This document shows positions 55,901-64,000 of a stretch of DNA of 64,000 nucleotides, in pieces. Position numbers and translations under genes: made by a program. The stretch is from the NCBI GenBank assembly GCA_051546255.1, contig CP128818.1:558001-622000 (forward strand). Reading direction: 5' to 3'. A model generated the notes under the pieces. That model did not search any database. It had not been told where the DNA came from and saw only the letters and a list, made by a program, of their open reading frames with translations. Position 1 is the first letter of the stretch. The number at the start of each line of letters is the position of its first letter. This DNA is from Meyerozyma guilliermondii. Taxonomy: Eukaryota.

Positions 55901-56489
55901 TGTTTTGTTCAGCTGCGTGAGGTTGCGAAACAGATTGATTATCATAGAGAACATCGATCATATACGAATGAATTGATTGGTTTTGAAGAACACCTCTTTC
56001 AATAAAGAATTGTCCAAATTCAACCGAGGAAGAGTCCGTTATCTGCTTCATGTCAGAGGCGAGGTTGCCTGCATCAGTTTCGTCCCACGGATGTGATGAT
56101 ACTTCATCATCTACCAAATTGTTATTGTTGATGAGCTTGCTGTAGTTCTTCAAGGCAGTTATAGCTAGGGCCCGGCGTATAGGTATTTTTCGATCTTGTG
56201 GCAATAGGTTCTCGCAAGCAGGCCAGAATCTTGATCTGGCATCTACCATCAAATTAGGGTAATAGGACGTTCCAAACCTAGTGATGGATGCGGTGCTTAT
56301 TTCTTTACGCTTTTTATGTTCCTTTACTATAATAATGAGCTCTCCGAAAACTTTGGGATCGTACCCACAGAACACTAATGACCCAGAAATCATTTGGGGC
56401 CATTCATTTGAAAGAGTGTGAGTATCTTTTGTGGCATTATCTGTGAGCAGCGGAAACACTGACGTGTCCCAGTACTCATTCATCGACAT
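52953..56489 (-). CDS. BUD3: Bud-site selection RhoGEF (DH-domain) protein
   Basis: LGEQLDQIFDPLLEYSP, FPPTIDEVTRINCI, FTPTGKILTELA..WP; synteny with LEU2/NFS1. Confidence 0.88.
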   Translation of the reverse strand: MSMNEYWDTSVFPLLTDNATKDTHTLSNEWPQMISGSLVFCGYDPKVFGELIIIVKEHKKRKEISTASITRFGTSYYPNLMVDARSRFWPACENLLPQDRKIPIRRALAITALKNYSKLINNNNLVDDEVSSHPWDETDAGNLASDMKQITDSSSVEFGQFFIERGVLQNQSIHSYMIDVLYDNQSVSQPHAAEQNNKLISTLGEQLDQIFDPLLEYSPEEVDIAYSPPSINDFRYPYGYNHPNIVSVVDELLEVQQNFSLRLVKLLQDLIIPLRIHVLSAAAEIGIQKINRVFPPTIDEVTRINCILQDSLQKAAPFGYVEIIKVLGITIPYFYKALIRHEANMKNFLQRFNKFYEKNREVVFENRIINKGSYTLREVDAIVSGSLVQLPRLKLIIKRLHGVIIEERMKSLNFENDSSDEMVQIEYYLENALKVIDAFGLQEDTSMNVDISQRIFTPTGKILTELASEWPAELQYGWLSRKVVGIFELKNVEPTNPSFFIDVLVIFSDKILVLTVTDETYYDTSSPGKHMRVSDILLHSLVNGKPLPDHTSIASMRVSSWCDINEIYTSSYSIVHDKETRHFLQLTGFDNEKFGNNADKDSSSICNFELFDRTSTVQEITDLINKSKILHKNQPFHLFRSSGRSRAYLTAHEVSAYHQERCRSPIAVALNTNFEDIESMFLNFSNITLLFHFYFTDIENENVAVEMYLKNSNIHILERVHINNLSSTFYDLIGANFLQVINYSLLRVCQSKLAEMVTSYRSLFLDDEIFRFIQEESDKRHRETKEREPKSIARKEQPPPIDKSLVTNKQELQRKRGFFARLFGRHKKGKPSKGEAENIPQTTEMKSEPQGVKVEYKHLLVPSPTLHKLDDSKIPIVGKERQELEHLPTVEQEAEWRHEVTKDEPAPEADSYDMNSSFRFPHYTPSSQHTTFILDKDSTFDAPPRSKMVTSISHSVSQEKIDELKENPQFAEFLRTFLYKDGENNWTTITKWELGQLNKEISTLKQLTTMDSQDVIEIDSRDSSYSDTSLREAITEKYEDVSYGLPKKFTPEKVTIARDLSTRSVTPSVAAYELGKAMDFNFSTQSVGHSSEDEYFSTEENIQTKFKHDQRTPDSACFSDDTIVIDSIHTKLYEAEPIISDEKQQEVVQSGNPMTREASFYLGNFESMAYLSKFMSNT

Positions 56490-56618
56490 TGTATGGTCCT
56501 GTACCACTCGTTCGGGCGATAGTGATGCTCAGCCAATTTAATGTCCTAAAAGATAAGTCTTCGTTCTTCCAGTTTGGGACGGCACATACCAAAAAGTAAA
56601 CAAATATGGTGCATGGGT

Positions 56619-57080
56619 CTATCTGCCAAACGTAACCGTTTTAGGGTCCAAGGGCATGCCATCGGCATCGATATTATTCTCCGCTAAACGCGACCTCGTG
56701 TACTCTAGTCTTGCTTCGTCAAATGTTATACCTCTCTCGTTCATTATCCTCTTAATCTCGCGCTTCCCTTCCTCCAGAAGTCCCTTTCTAGAATCCTCAC
56801 TATCGATATTGCTTCTAATATCGAATGACTCGCTATTCAAACCGCCCTCCAAATCATCCTGGAAACTCAGGTCAAGGTTCACGTATCCCATTCTTCGCCG
56901 TGTCCGCCAGCGATCGTGGGCTGCTGCAATACGGTGGCGGAAATGGAAAACTAAAATGGCTGCGATAATTAATATTACTACAATCAGGTTGCGAGCATTG
57001 ACATGTTTTTTCGTATAGTTGTAGTAAGACTGGTGCTCACCCTTATTTTTACCATCGTCAGTAAGGCTCTGCTGGGGCAT
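56619..57080 (-). CDS. UPF0357 membrane protein (YCL012C-like)
   Basis: TM then FQDDLEGGLNSESFD...FDEARL...GMPLDPKTVTF; start uncertain. Confidence 0.85.
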   Translation of the reverse strand: MPQQSLTDDGKNKGEHQSYYNYTKKHVNARNLIVVILIIAAILVFHFRHRIAAAHDRWRTRRRMGYVNLDLSFQDDLEGGLNSESFDIRSNIDSEDSRKGLLEEGKREIKRIMNERGITFDEARLEYTRSRLAENNIDADGMPLDPKTVTFGR

Positions 57081-57289
57081 GACAGGCTACGGTATATGAC
57101 AGGAGTATGGGGTTTGGCTCCTAATTTCCAATCTGAATTATATGCACTCCGTTTGCCGAGCCGGTATGTTCGTGCCTCTGTAGAGCACATGGGCTATGTA
57201 ATTAAGTTTAGAAGTGTGGTGCTTCAATAAGGTTTTAGAAGTTGTTGCTTCATTGTAACTAATTAATTACATACTTGGGCATATGAGGC

Positions 57290-58600
57290 TTATTCAGCGG
57301 CCTCTACTTTTTGTGAGAATGAAATTCCCAATTCTCTACCTCCGTAGTTGTAGTTGTTCAAGTTGGTGATTGCAAGCTCGGCAAATTCCTCCAGGTCGAA
57401 TTGGACAACAGCATTTCCACTGGGTCTTCCCCTGTTATCAAATTGAATCTCTGCTCTTGTGACCTTGCCAATTGTCTCGAAAAGCTCGTACAAGTCGTCA
57501 ACATTTGTCACGAAAGGCAAGTTGGTTGCGAAAATGGTGTTACTGCGCTCTCCGTTTCCAACAACGTTTCTAGTAAATTCAGTGTTTTGGCCAGTAATCC
57601 TTCTCTCCTCAGCCGCAGGAGGTGGAGGTCGATTGTCTCCCCTACCTGGACGGAGATCAATTCTTCTGCCGCCCATGTCGTACCCTTGGAACTTTTCAAT
57701 TGCATATGCGGCCTCCTCCTCGGTACTAAAGATAACCGTACCAAAGCCTCGAGATTTTCCCCAGCTGTCAGTCTTGACGTCCGCTCTGATGACGTTACCA
57801 GCTTCTCTCATCAAGTCCTTAAGATTTTGCCAAGACACAGAGAATGGCAAGTTTCCTACAAACACTTCGGGCCCTGATTGACCTGGAGGTGCACCTGCGC
57901 CAGGACGTTCTCTTTCTGGGCGGTCTCTCCGTTCTCTTGGTCTGCGTTCCTCCCTCTCTCTCTTTTTGTCTGGGGGAGGGTAATCTTGTCTCACAAAAAT
58001 CTCCCTTCCTTGAAGTTCATGATGGTCAAATTGGGAGATCGCCCTCTTGGTATCTTCCTTGGACCCAAACTCAACGGTGGCCATTCCTCTGCTTCTTCCT
58101 CTACTAGTGACTATATCGGCACGAACCACATTATAGTCTGCGAAGAGATTCCGAATATCCTGGGATGTAGATTCAAATGGCACGTTACCTATGAATATAG
58201 AGTTCTCATAATTGCGATCACCTACATCAGGGGAACCGTTCAGCTCACTCCGGGAAAAGTCCCTGTTGCTTCCGCCACGAGCACCTCTGAACCTTTCTCT
58301 GCGTCCACCACGATCTCCACGACCACCACGGTGGCTGCGACTCTCATCACGTCCAGTTGGAGATCTTGATCTGTCCCTGACAGGAGATCTAGAGCGATCC
58401 TGATATTAGCATGTGTGTAAAAGAAAATTGCCAATGATCAAAATGGGCTTGTGAGATAGTATTAGTCGACCCAGCTTCATCACCTGACCAGCAACGAGCC
58501 CTCCAAACTGAAAATTCCATCCTACACCGGCCACAATTTAACCATCTAGCTTTGAGGCGAAACATACTCTTGAATAGTCATCGATGTCCATTTCGTCCAT
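57290..58600 (-). CDS. GBP2: SR-like 3-RRM mRNA-binding protein Gbp2/Hrb1; exons 58600-58568 and 58399-57290
   Basis: MDEMDIDDYSR-DRSRSPVRDRSRSP...RGG; RRMs including SWQNLKD; synteny with SGF29. Confidence 0.92.
58400..58567 (-). other. Spliceosomal intron of GBP2 (168 nt)
   Basis: GTATGT...TGCTAAT-ATCAG; splicing supplies an ATG to the RS/RGG frame. Confidence 0.85.
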
Positions 58601-58800
58601 GTTGAACAATTCGATATACAAACTACGGCGTTGAACTTCGGCGATAAATTTTCGGGTGTATGGGTCTTTTGTTCAAAACTATGGCATTGATAACATTAGG
58701 AGTTACTGGTGGCTAGTGAGCTATAATTACAGTTATTCGTACAGACATGTCACAACGATGATTCCCGTTTTGCATGTGAGCATTTGGTATGCTCTTGTGG

Positions 58801-59577
58801 TTATTTTTCCGGTAGAGGCAACACGAGTCTTCTCTCCACCTCTGTTTCCTTGTTCACTTCCTCTTCTCCATCAAATTTTAATCTTACAGTTCCGTCTCTT
58901 CTGTGTCCAACAACCACAGCTGGATAGAACGTCGTAGTCTCTGGGTAACGAGCTAACACTTTTGTGCTCGCTGGATAATTCAGCAACTCGGACGTAACTT
59001 CCTCTGCCGGTATTAATAATATTTCCTTGTAGCTTGCTTTAAACGTCTCACTCAAGTTGTTGTTTTCGTCCGGTTCTGGATCTCGAATTTCGAACTTCGT
59101 ACCATCTCCTATTACGCGAACAACCTCACATTGTATCCACTCCTCAAAATGGCGATTTCTAAGCTTGTAAGCGATCTCCAGCCCCACTACTATTGGTTCC
59201 AGGGGATTATACTTCGAAGTCCAGAACAGTCGTCCGTGTCTTGGACGCTTTGTTTGCTTTCCATTCATTTTCAGACTCTTTCTGTTGACAACCTCTTTTT
59301 CAGGTGACGCAACCTTCTTAGCAGTCTGCTGCGACTCGATGAGCATTCCAAGGTTTTCCTTGCATGTGTCTATAAATCGCTTTACAACAGCAACATTGGC
59401 TTTATGTTCGATAACTTCTTGTTTAAGTTGTTCTAGTTCGTCGGGTGTCATCCCATCTAATGCAGAGCCAGATACCTTATCACCATAGACGTTATCTAGT
59501 GGGTTGGACAGATTTGCGTTGCTGATATCTTGAAGAGCTGAGACTATAATATCCCACTGCCCATCGGTCTCCAGCAT
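58801..59577 (-). CDS. SGF29: SAGA subunit with tandem Tudor domain
   Basis: EWIQCEV, FEIRDPEPDE, VLARYPETTTFYPA, LKFDGEEE. Confidence 0.95.
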   Translation of the reverse strand: MLETDGQWDIIVSALQDISNANLSNPLDNVYGDKVSGSALDGMTPDELEQLKQEVIEHKANVAVVKRFIDTCKENLGMLIESQQTAKKVASPEKEVVNRKSLKMNGKQTKRPRHGRLFWTSKYNPLEPIVVGLEIAYKLRNRHFEEWIQCEVVRVIGDGTKFEIRDPEPDENNNLSETFKASYKEILLIPAEEVTSELLNYPASTKVLARYPETTTFYPAVVVGHRRDGTVRLKFDGEEEVNKETEVERRLVLPLPEK

Positions 59578-59720
59578 GTTGCAAATGGTGTATCTCAATG
59601 CAAAGCAGCTCAACGCACGATCTGGTCGCACCAGTGTAGTATGCACACCTGTGGCTTATTTGCACCCGGTTAAGTTTATCCGTAGCACCCGTGGGTTGAT
59701 ATACCAAGACGAATGTAAGA

Positions 59721-60485
59721 ATGGAAGTTGGGATGGGCATAAGCTCAATGTTTAATGTGCTTTCCCTTACTGCTCAATTGCGGTATAATAAACGCCGGGG
59801 ATCTGTAAATGGACTATCGTGTGACTTTATCTTATTATCCTTATTAGCAAGAGCACTTAACATGGGTACAGCTTTTACATATAAAGGCAGAACGGCAATT
59901 GATCTTTTCAGACTGAGATATCCCCTTTATCCCTTACCTTCCGTCTCATTGCCAGTTCTCACATGCGATGTAATGTCCGTTATTGTGTTAATTTGCATCC
60001 ATTACCAGATGTACATGTTATACCCACACACAAGAAGCAGAAACCAAAGTCTCAGTGGCACCATAAAATTTTACTTACTGGTAGCTTTTGTCATGTATGT
60101 TGCTCTAGCATATTACGCTCATTATCAACGGGCCACCCTCAACTTTCTAGATTGCTTAGATTATGTGTGGAGCTTAAAGGTCATATTCTCGAGTCTTGAG
60201 TTAATGCCGCAATTATCTCTCCAATGGTTCGAGCTGAAGTCAACAGGGCTCTCTAGAGGCTATTTTTGTTTCACCTGTAGCCAGGTATTATTTTTTGCAA
60301 TCTCAAAGTTCATTCAGGCCCAGAGCTCAACACCATCTTGGAACAAAATCCCTGTCAATTTTGGCCCATGGATTACACTACCTTTACATTTGATCGCTAT
60401 TGGAATCATGGGTTATCAACACATTGTATACTCCAAAATGGGGCTGTTGCCTACCGTCATCAAATCGAAGTATGAAAGACGTTAG
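59721..60485 (+). CDS. PQ-loop-like multi-pass membrane protein (YCL002C-like)
   Basis: QLRYN...SVNGLSCDF and MPQLSLQW...GLS half-repeats; next to PGS1; start uncertain. Confidence 0.7.
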   Translation: MEVGMGISSMFNVLSLTAQLRYNKRRGSVNGLSCDFILLSLLARALNMGTAFTYKGRTAIDLFRLRYPLYPLPSVSLPVLTCDVMSVIVLICIHYQMYMLYPHTRSRNQSLSGTIKFYLLVAFVMYVALAYYAHYQRATLNFLDCLDYVWSLKVIFSSLELMPQLSLQWFELKSTGLSRGYFCFTCSQVLFFAISKFIQAQSSTPSWNKIPVNFGPWITLPLHLIAIGIMGYQHIVYSKMGLLPTVIKSKYERR

Positions 60486-60521
60486 AACAGGGACTAATTA
60501 TATAGATAACATACATCGGGA

Positions 60522-62213
60522 TCAAAACTTTCCACCAAGTACCTTAACCGCAAGGTGTGCAGCATAACTAATGCGTCTGCCTTCCCCTTCTTCCTCGTTT
60601 CTGGGTTCAGCACCATCTCCTGCTACTGATATAGCCTTCGGTTTCGGCTTAAAATCGTCAAGTTCCAAGGGCTCAGCAAATTTCATTAAATTGGCCACCT
60701 CGTCACTCATTTGCTGCTTGAGCTTTTCATCTTTCGTTATAATAACGGCATTGCTCTCGAGGTCTAACAGGTAAGCTCTCTTTGTGTAATTGGAGGAGCC
60801 TATAATGGTGATCGAGGGCTTTGGGTCCTCAGGAACTGTTATCCATAACCCTTTCGCGTGATATGACCACCCACCTGGAGTGTTTACTACACCGTTCTTC
60901 CACTCGTATAACTTAATAAGCTCCTGTTTACCTCTTTTCGTCACTTCTTCCAAAAATCTCTTGGCAAACAAAAGATATGCTTCAGGAATATAATATGAAA
61001 AACCTGCCGACTTGTAAAATGAATTTGCCTGTGGGGCTGCAGTTATGACCGTTCCCTTTGCTAAACCATTTAAAAGTCTTTCTTGAATTTGAGGGTACAT
61101 GTTAAAATACCCCGCAGTAAACCACCATTTGACGTTGGGTGAATCCAAGTATGATAAGAGTCTGAGGATAACAGGCTTTTCCGTTGAAGGGTCAAAATTG
61201 GGTTGCATCAAAGGTGTAAACTGTGATACTGGATACACTATAGTATCAAAATTATCTGTATCATTGAATTGCTCAAATGATTTGAGCTTATGCTGTTTAA
61301 GGAGTGGCTCAAGAAGGAAGGAGGAGTCGCTTATGAAACGTTGATGGTTCATGTGTGGTTCACAACTGGCATTTGATGTTGGCCAGTTCAATCTGAATCC
61401 TTGCTTCTCTTTTGATTCTAATATCTGATACGACAAGGAAGCCACCGCGGAGTGTATGTCAAAGTAGTAATCTGAGAGTGGCTTGCTGCGAAAGAGATAG
61501 TATCTGTCTTGTCTGTCGGTGAAATAGTCTTCAGATAAGTTGGCACCACTTAACATAATTTCGTCATCGAATCCATACAATTTCATGTGTTGGAGGCCAT
61601 GCATTTCGTTGACTCGCTTGGGTGTGACCGATCGGCGTATTCCGTTCAAATGTGGAGTATGATACATCCTGATGTCGACTCTGTGCTTCCCATGTTTTTG
61701 AACAAGGGGTACCAAAAGAGATGCTGAGCAAGGACCGTTCGGTGCCTCACGTGTGCCACGAAGTACGTCCGTGAGTAGGTACACTTTAAGTTCTTCGTTT
61801 TTGGTGAGAGCCTCGTCTAAGCAGTCCACGAGCTCATGCTGCGTCTTACCGATGTATAGAGAGCTCAAGTAGACTCGCGTCTTTGCCGCAAGAATCTTAT
61901 CTTTTAAAGTTGAATAAAAAACATGGGGATGTGTCAAGATTTGGATATCGCCTGAGTTCAAAACAAATCGGGGTGCCAACGAATCTAGTTGTTGGAAGAT
62001 AGTCTTCAACCGTGGATGGAACAGGTCCGTCACGTCCGAAGACATGATAGGGTTGTTTGTAGAGAATGGACGCACATTCTGGTCGGTTCCAGAGAAGAAG
62101 TAGTTGTATACCGACAGAATCATAGGTATAGATCCCCTGGTAGATTTATTTGACACTAAACTTGTATTCGATGATGTCGTAAATGAGTACCTACCAGATA
62201 AAGTTCTGAACAT
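60522..62213 (-). CDS. PGS1: Phosphatidylglycerophosphate synthase (PLD superfamily)
   Basis: GLQHMKLYGFD..LSGANLS and WSYHAKG...IGSSNY motifs; a downstream ATG may be the true start. Confidence 0.95.
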   Translation of the reverse strand: MFRTLSGRYSFTTSSNTSLVSNKSTRGSIPMILSVYNYFFSGTDQNVRPFSTNNPIMSSDVTDLFHPRLKTIFQQLDSLAPRFVLNSGDIQILTHPHVFYSTLKDKILAAKTRVYLSSLYIGKTQHELVDCLDEALTKNEELKVYLLTDVLRGTREAPNGPCSASLLVPLVQKHGKHRVDIRMYHTPHLNGIRRSVTPKRVNEMHGLQHMKLYGFDDEIMLSGANLSEDYFTDRQDRYYLFRSKPLSDYYFDIHSAVASLSYQILESKEKQGFRLNWPTSNASCEPHMNHQRFISDSSFLLEPLLKQHKLKSFEQFNDTDNFDTIVYPVSQFTPLMQPNFDPSTEKPVILRLLSYLDSPNVKWWFTAGYFNMYPQIQERLLNGLAKGTVITAAPQANSFYKSAGFSYYIPEAYLLFAKRFLEEVTKRGKQELIKLYEWKNGVVNTPGGWSYHAKGLWITVPEDPKPSITIIGSSNYTKRAYLLDLESNAVIITKDEKLKQQMSDEVANLMKFAEPLELDDFKPKPKAISVAGDGAEPRNEEEGEGRRISYAAHLAVKVLGGKF

Positions 62214-62623
62214 TCATGCAAAGCCACCGGATGATATAAGTGTTTTGTGTCGTTTTCTAAAGTGGGGAAGCCTAGTTGTGGTAACGCAGTTTGATGCGCT
62301 CGTGCGAGAACAAACTTCCTACTATAGATAAGCTTAAACGAGCGTTGACTTTTGTGATGTGAAATACCCCTGAAGATTCTGAGAAATACGCTGTAAAACT
62401 TATGTAATTCATCTCACCTAGGATGAATTGGCGCAGCGCGGCTCTTGCCATGCATGATAGCGCCGCTGACAGCTGTGTCATAAAGAAGGATGGGAAATCT
62501 TTGTAGGACTTGTTCTGTATTGTGATCACAACATTGTTTGACACATGGGCAATAGTTCCAATTATATACAATGTGTTGTTGAACTTATTGTTTCATTCGT
62601 CTTATTGTCTTCACTGGAGCAAC

Positions 62624-63826
62624 TCACCTATTATTTCCTTTTGCAGCTTTGATTAACAAAACATCGCCGTCTTCAACCACATAGGATTTTCCGACGCGTA
62701 GTTGTTTGCCACTGGCTTTCAACTTGCTTTCATTTAACGGAGCCTCCTCGAGTCTAAGGTCGTCATACTTGTACACTTGGGCCGTTATAAATGTAGTCTT
62801 CAAGTCCGTGTGTATGACTCCAGCAGCGTCGGGTATTATTGTGTTTTTCCGTACAGTCCATTGCCTAACTTCCTTGGGGCCACATGTATAGAACGAAATG
62901 AGATTAAGCGACTCTCGCATAGCCTGAACTACTGCGCCAAGGCTGCTTGATTCTTCGCTTTCTTCACCTCTGGCTATCTTGGATTCGAAACTGGCTGAAA
63001 ATACCAATAGCTTGTCTTTGGGACAGGTCTCGCGGATCCATTTTTCGATCCCTGGCTGGAATTCGTTGGTTCCAGATCTCAAGTCATTTTCGCTGACATT
63101 GAGCAAATACACCATCGGTTTCGCCGTGAGGAGATTGACCGAGTTCAAGACTTCAATTTCCTCATCACTCCAATTCTCGACGGAAATCTTCTTCGCATTG
63201 TATAACAAATCCTGCGCTTTTAGTAAAGTATCAAGTGCAAATTGCACCTTCGAAACATTGCTGTGTGGTTTCTTTAATAGTTTTTCTGTCTGCTCTATTG
63301 CACTCTCCAAGTACTCCAAATCCTTAAGAATGAGCTCATCATTGACAATCTCAATGTCCCTCAATGGGTCAACCTTATTTTCCTCGATGTGAATGATCTC
63401 GTCGTCTATGAACCCTCGAACCATATGAAATATTCCATCCACCAGCCTTATCTCGCTCAAGAATTTATTACCCATACCTTTTCCACTTGATGCATCTCGC
63501 GTCAAACCCGCTATATCATAGATGGTTAATGTCGAGGAAATTTTTTTTTGAGACTGAAACAATTGCAAGTAGTGGTCCAATATAGGAGATTTCACCACTA
63601 CTTGAGATTCTTCGGTATCAATTGTAGCAAACGGGTAATTTGCCGGATTTCCAAGCAGTGTTCGAGTTATGGCTTGAAAGAATGTACTCTTACCTACATT
63701 TGCTAGCCCCACTACCCCGGCAGTAAGTTTATTACTTTGCCTCCCCAAGAGTGCCTTCTTGGCCAGTTCGCTGGCCTTCTTCGCAAGTATTCTACTACTG
63801 GATGAAAATGGCCTAAACGAATTCAT
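62624..63826 (-). CDS. YLF2: Mitochondrial YchF/Obg-like ATPase
   Basis: Presequence-like MNSFRPFSSSSR, GVVGLANVGKST, NPANYPFATI, TGS domain. Confidence 0.88.
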   Translation of the reverse strand: MNSFRPFSSSSRILAKKASELAKKALLGRQSNKLTAGVVGLANVGKSTFFQAITRTLLGNPANYPFATIDTEESQVVVKSPILDHYLQLFQSQKKISSTLTIYDIAGLTRDASSGKGMGNKFLSEIRLVDGIFHMVRGFIDDEIIHIEENKVDPLRDIEIVNDELILKDLEYLESAIEQTEKLLKKPHSNVSKVQFALDTLLKAQDLLYNAKKISVENWSDEEIEVLNSVNLLTAKPMVYLLNVSENDLRSGTNEFQPGIEKWIRETCPKDKLLVFSASFESKIARGEESEESSSLGAVVQAMRESLNLISFYTCGPKEVRQWTVRKNTIIPDAAGVIHTDLKTTFITAQVYKYDDLRLEEAPLNESKLKASGKQLRVGKSYVVEDGDVLLIKAAKGNNR

Positions 63827-64000
63827 TTACCGGTGAAATCAAAGTGGAAATTTTCGCAACTGCAGCACTGCATCAGAATCATGAATAGAACTACTGTAAC
63901 GGTGAAATTATTAGTTTATTCATAGGTGTGCTATTTAACTGAATTATTATTTTACTCATAAGTGTACTATTTGTGAGCTTTTATTGACACTTTATAAAAC

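Noticed and set aside
57030..57200. Intron at the 5' end of the YCL012C-like gene (TACTGAC present)
   Set aside because: No suitable upstream 5' splice site found, and the ORF is open from ATG 57080
58430..58490. GTGATGA in the GBP2 intron as a snoRNA C box
   Set aside because: No downstream CTGA, a span of only about 50 nt, and no recognisable guide
62360..62556. RNase MRP RNA (GAAATACCCC ... ACACATGGGC)
   Set aside because: The P4 strands do not pair properly and there is no GARAR-capped P8 hairpin
159..63392. Numerous 60-180 aa antisense or nested ORFs in the track
   Set aside because: Shadow frames of real genes, often with non-ATG starts and no recognisable motifs

Overview
Gene-dense nuclear DNA of a budding yeast from the CUG-Ser (Debaryomycetaceae) clade. 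It looks Meyerozyma-like, but the species is an inference. CTG codons fall at conserved Ser positions, so the supplied standard-code translations show L where the proteins have S. I can support about 39 protein genes. Many lie in ancestral Saccharomycotina synteny blocks: ERG13-MSC1-TUB1-PGA3/AIM33...UFO1-RPM2; MIX17-CSI2-TOP1-CDC5-RPB11; NFS1-LEU2-BUD3-YCL012C-GBP2-SGF29-YCL002C-PGS1. Five genes have spliceosomal introns the ORF track misses (TUB1, UGP1, RPB11, NFS1, GBP2). There is one intron-containing tRNA-Arg(ACG). The most interesting signals are non-coding: an H/ACA snoRNA with a complete guide pocket for 18S Psi1191 (snR35-like) followed by a second structured segment, an orphan box C/D-like RNA inside the mid-gene NFS1 intron, and a structured segment between PGS1 and YLF2. 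No transposons, rRNA or CRISPR were seen. Family and synteny assignments rest on recalled motifs, not database searches.
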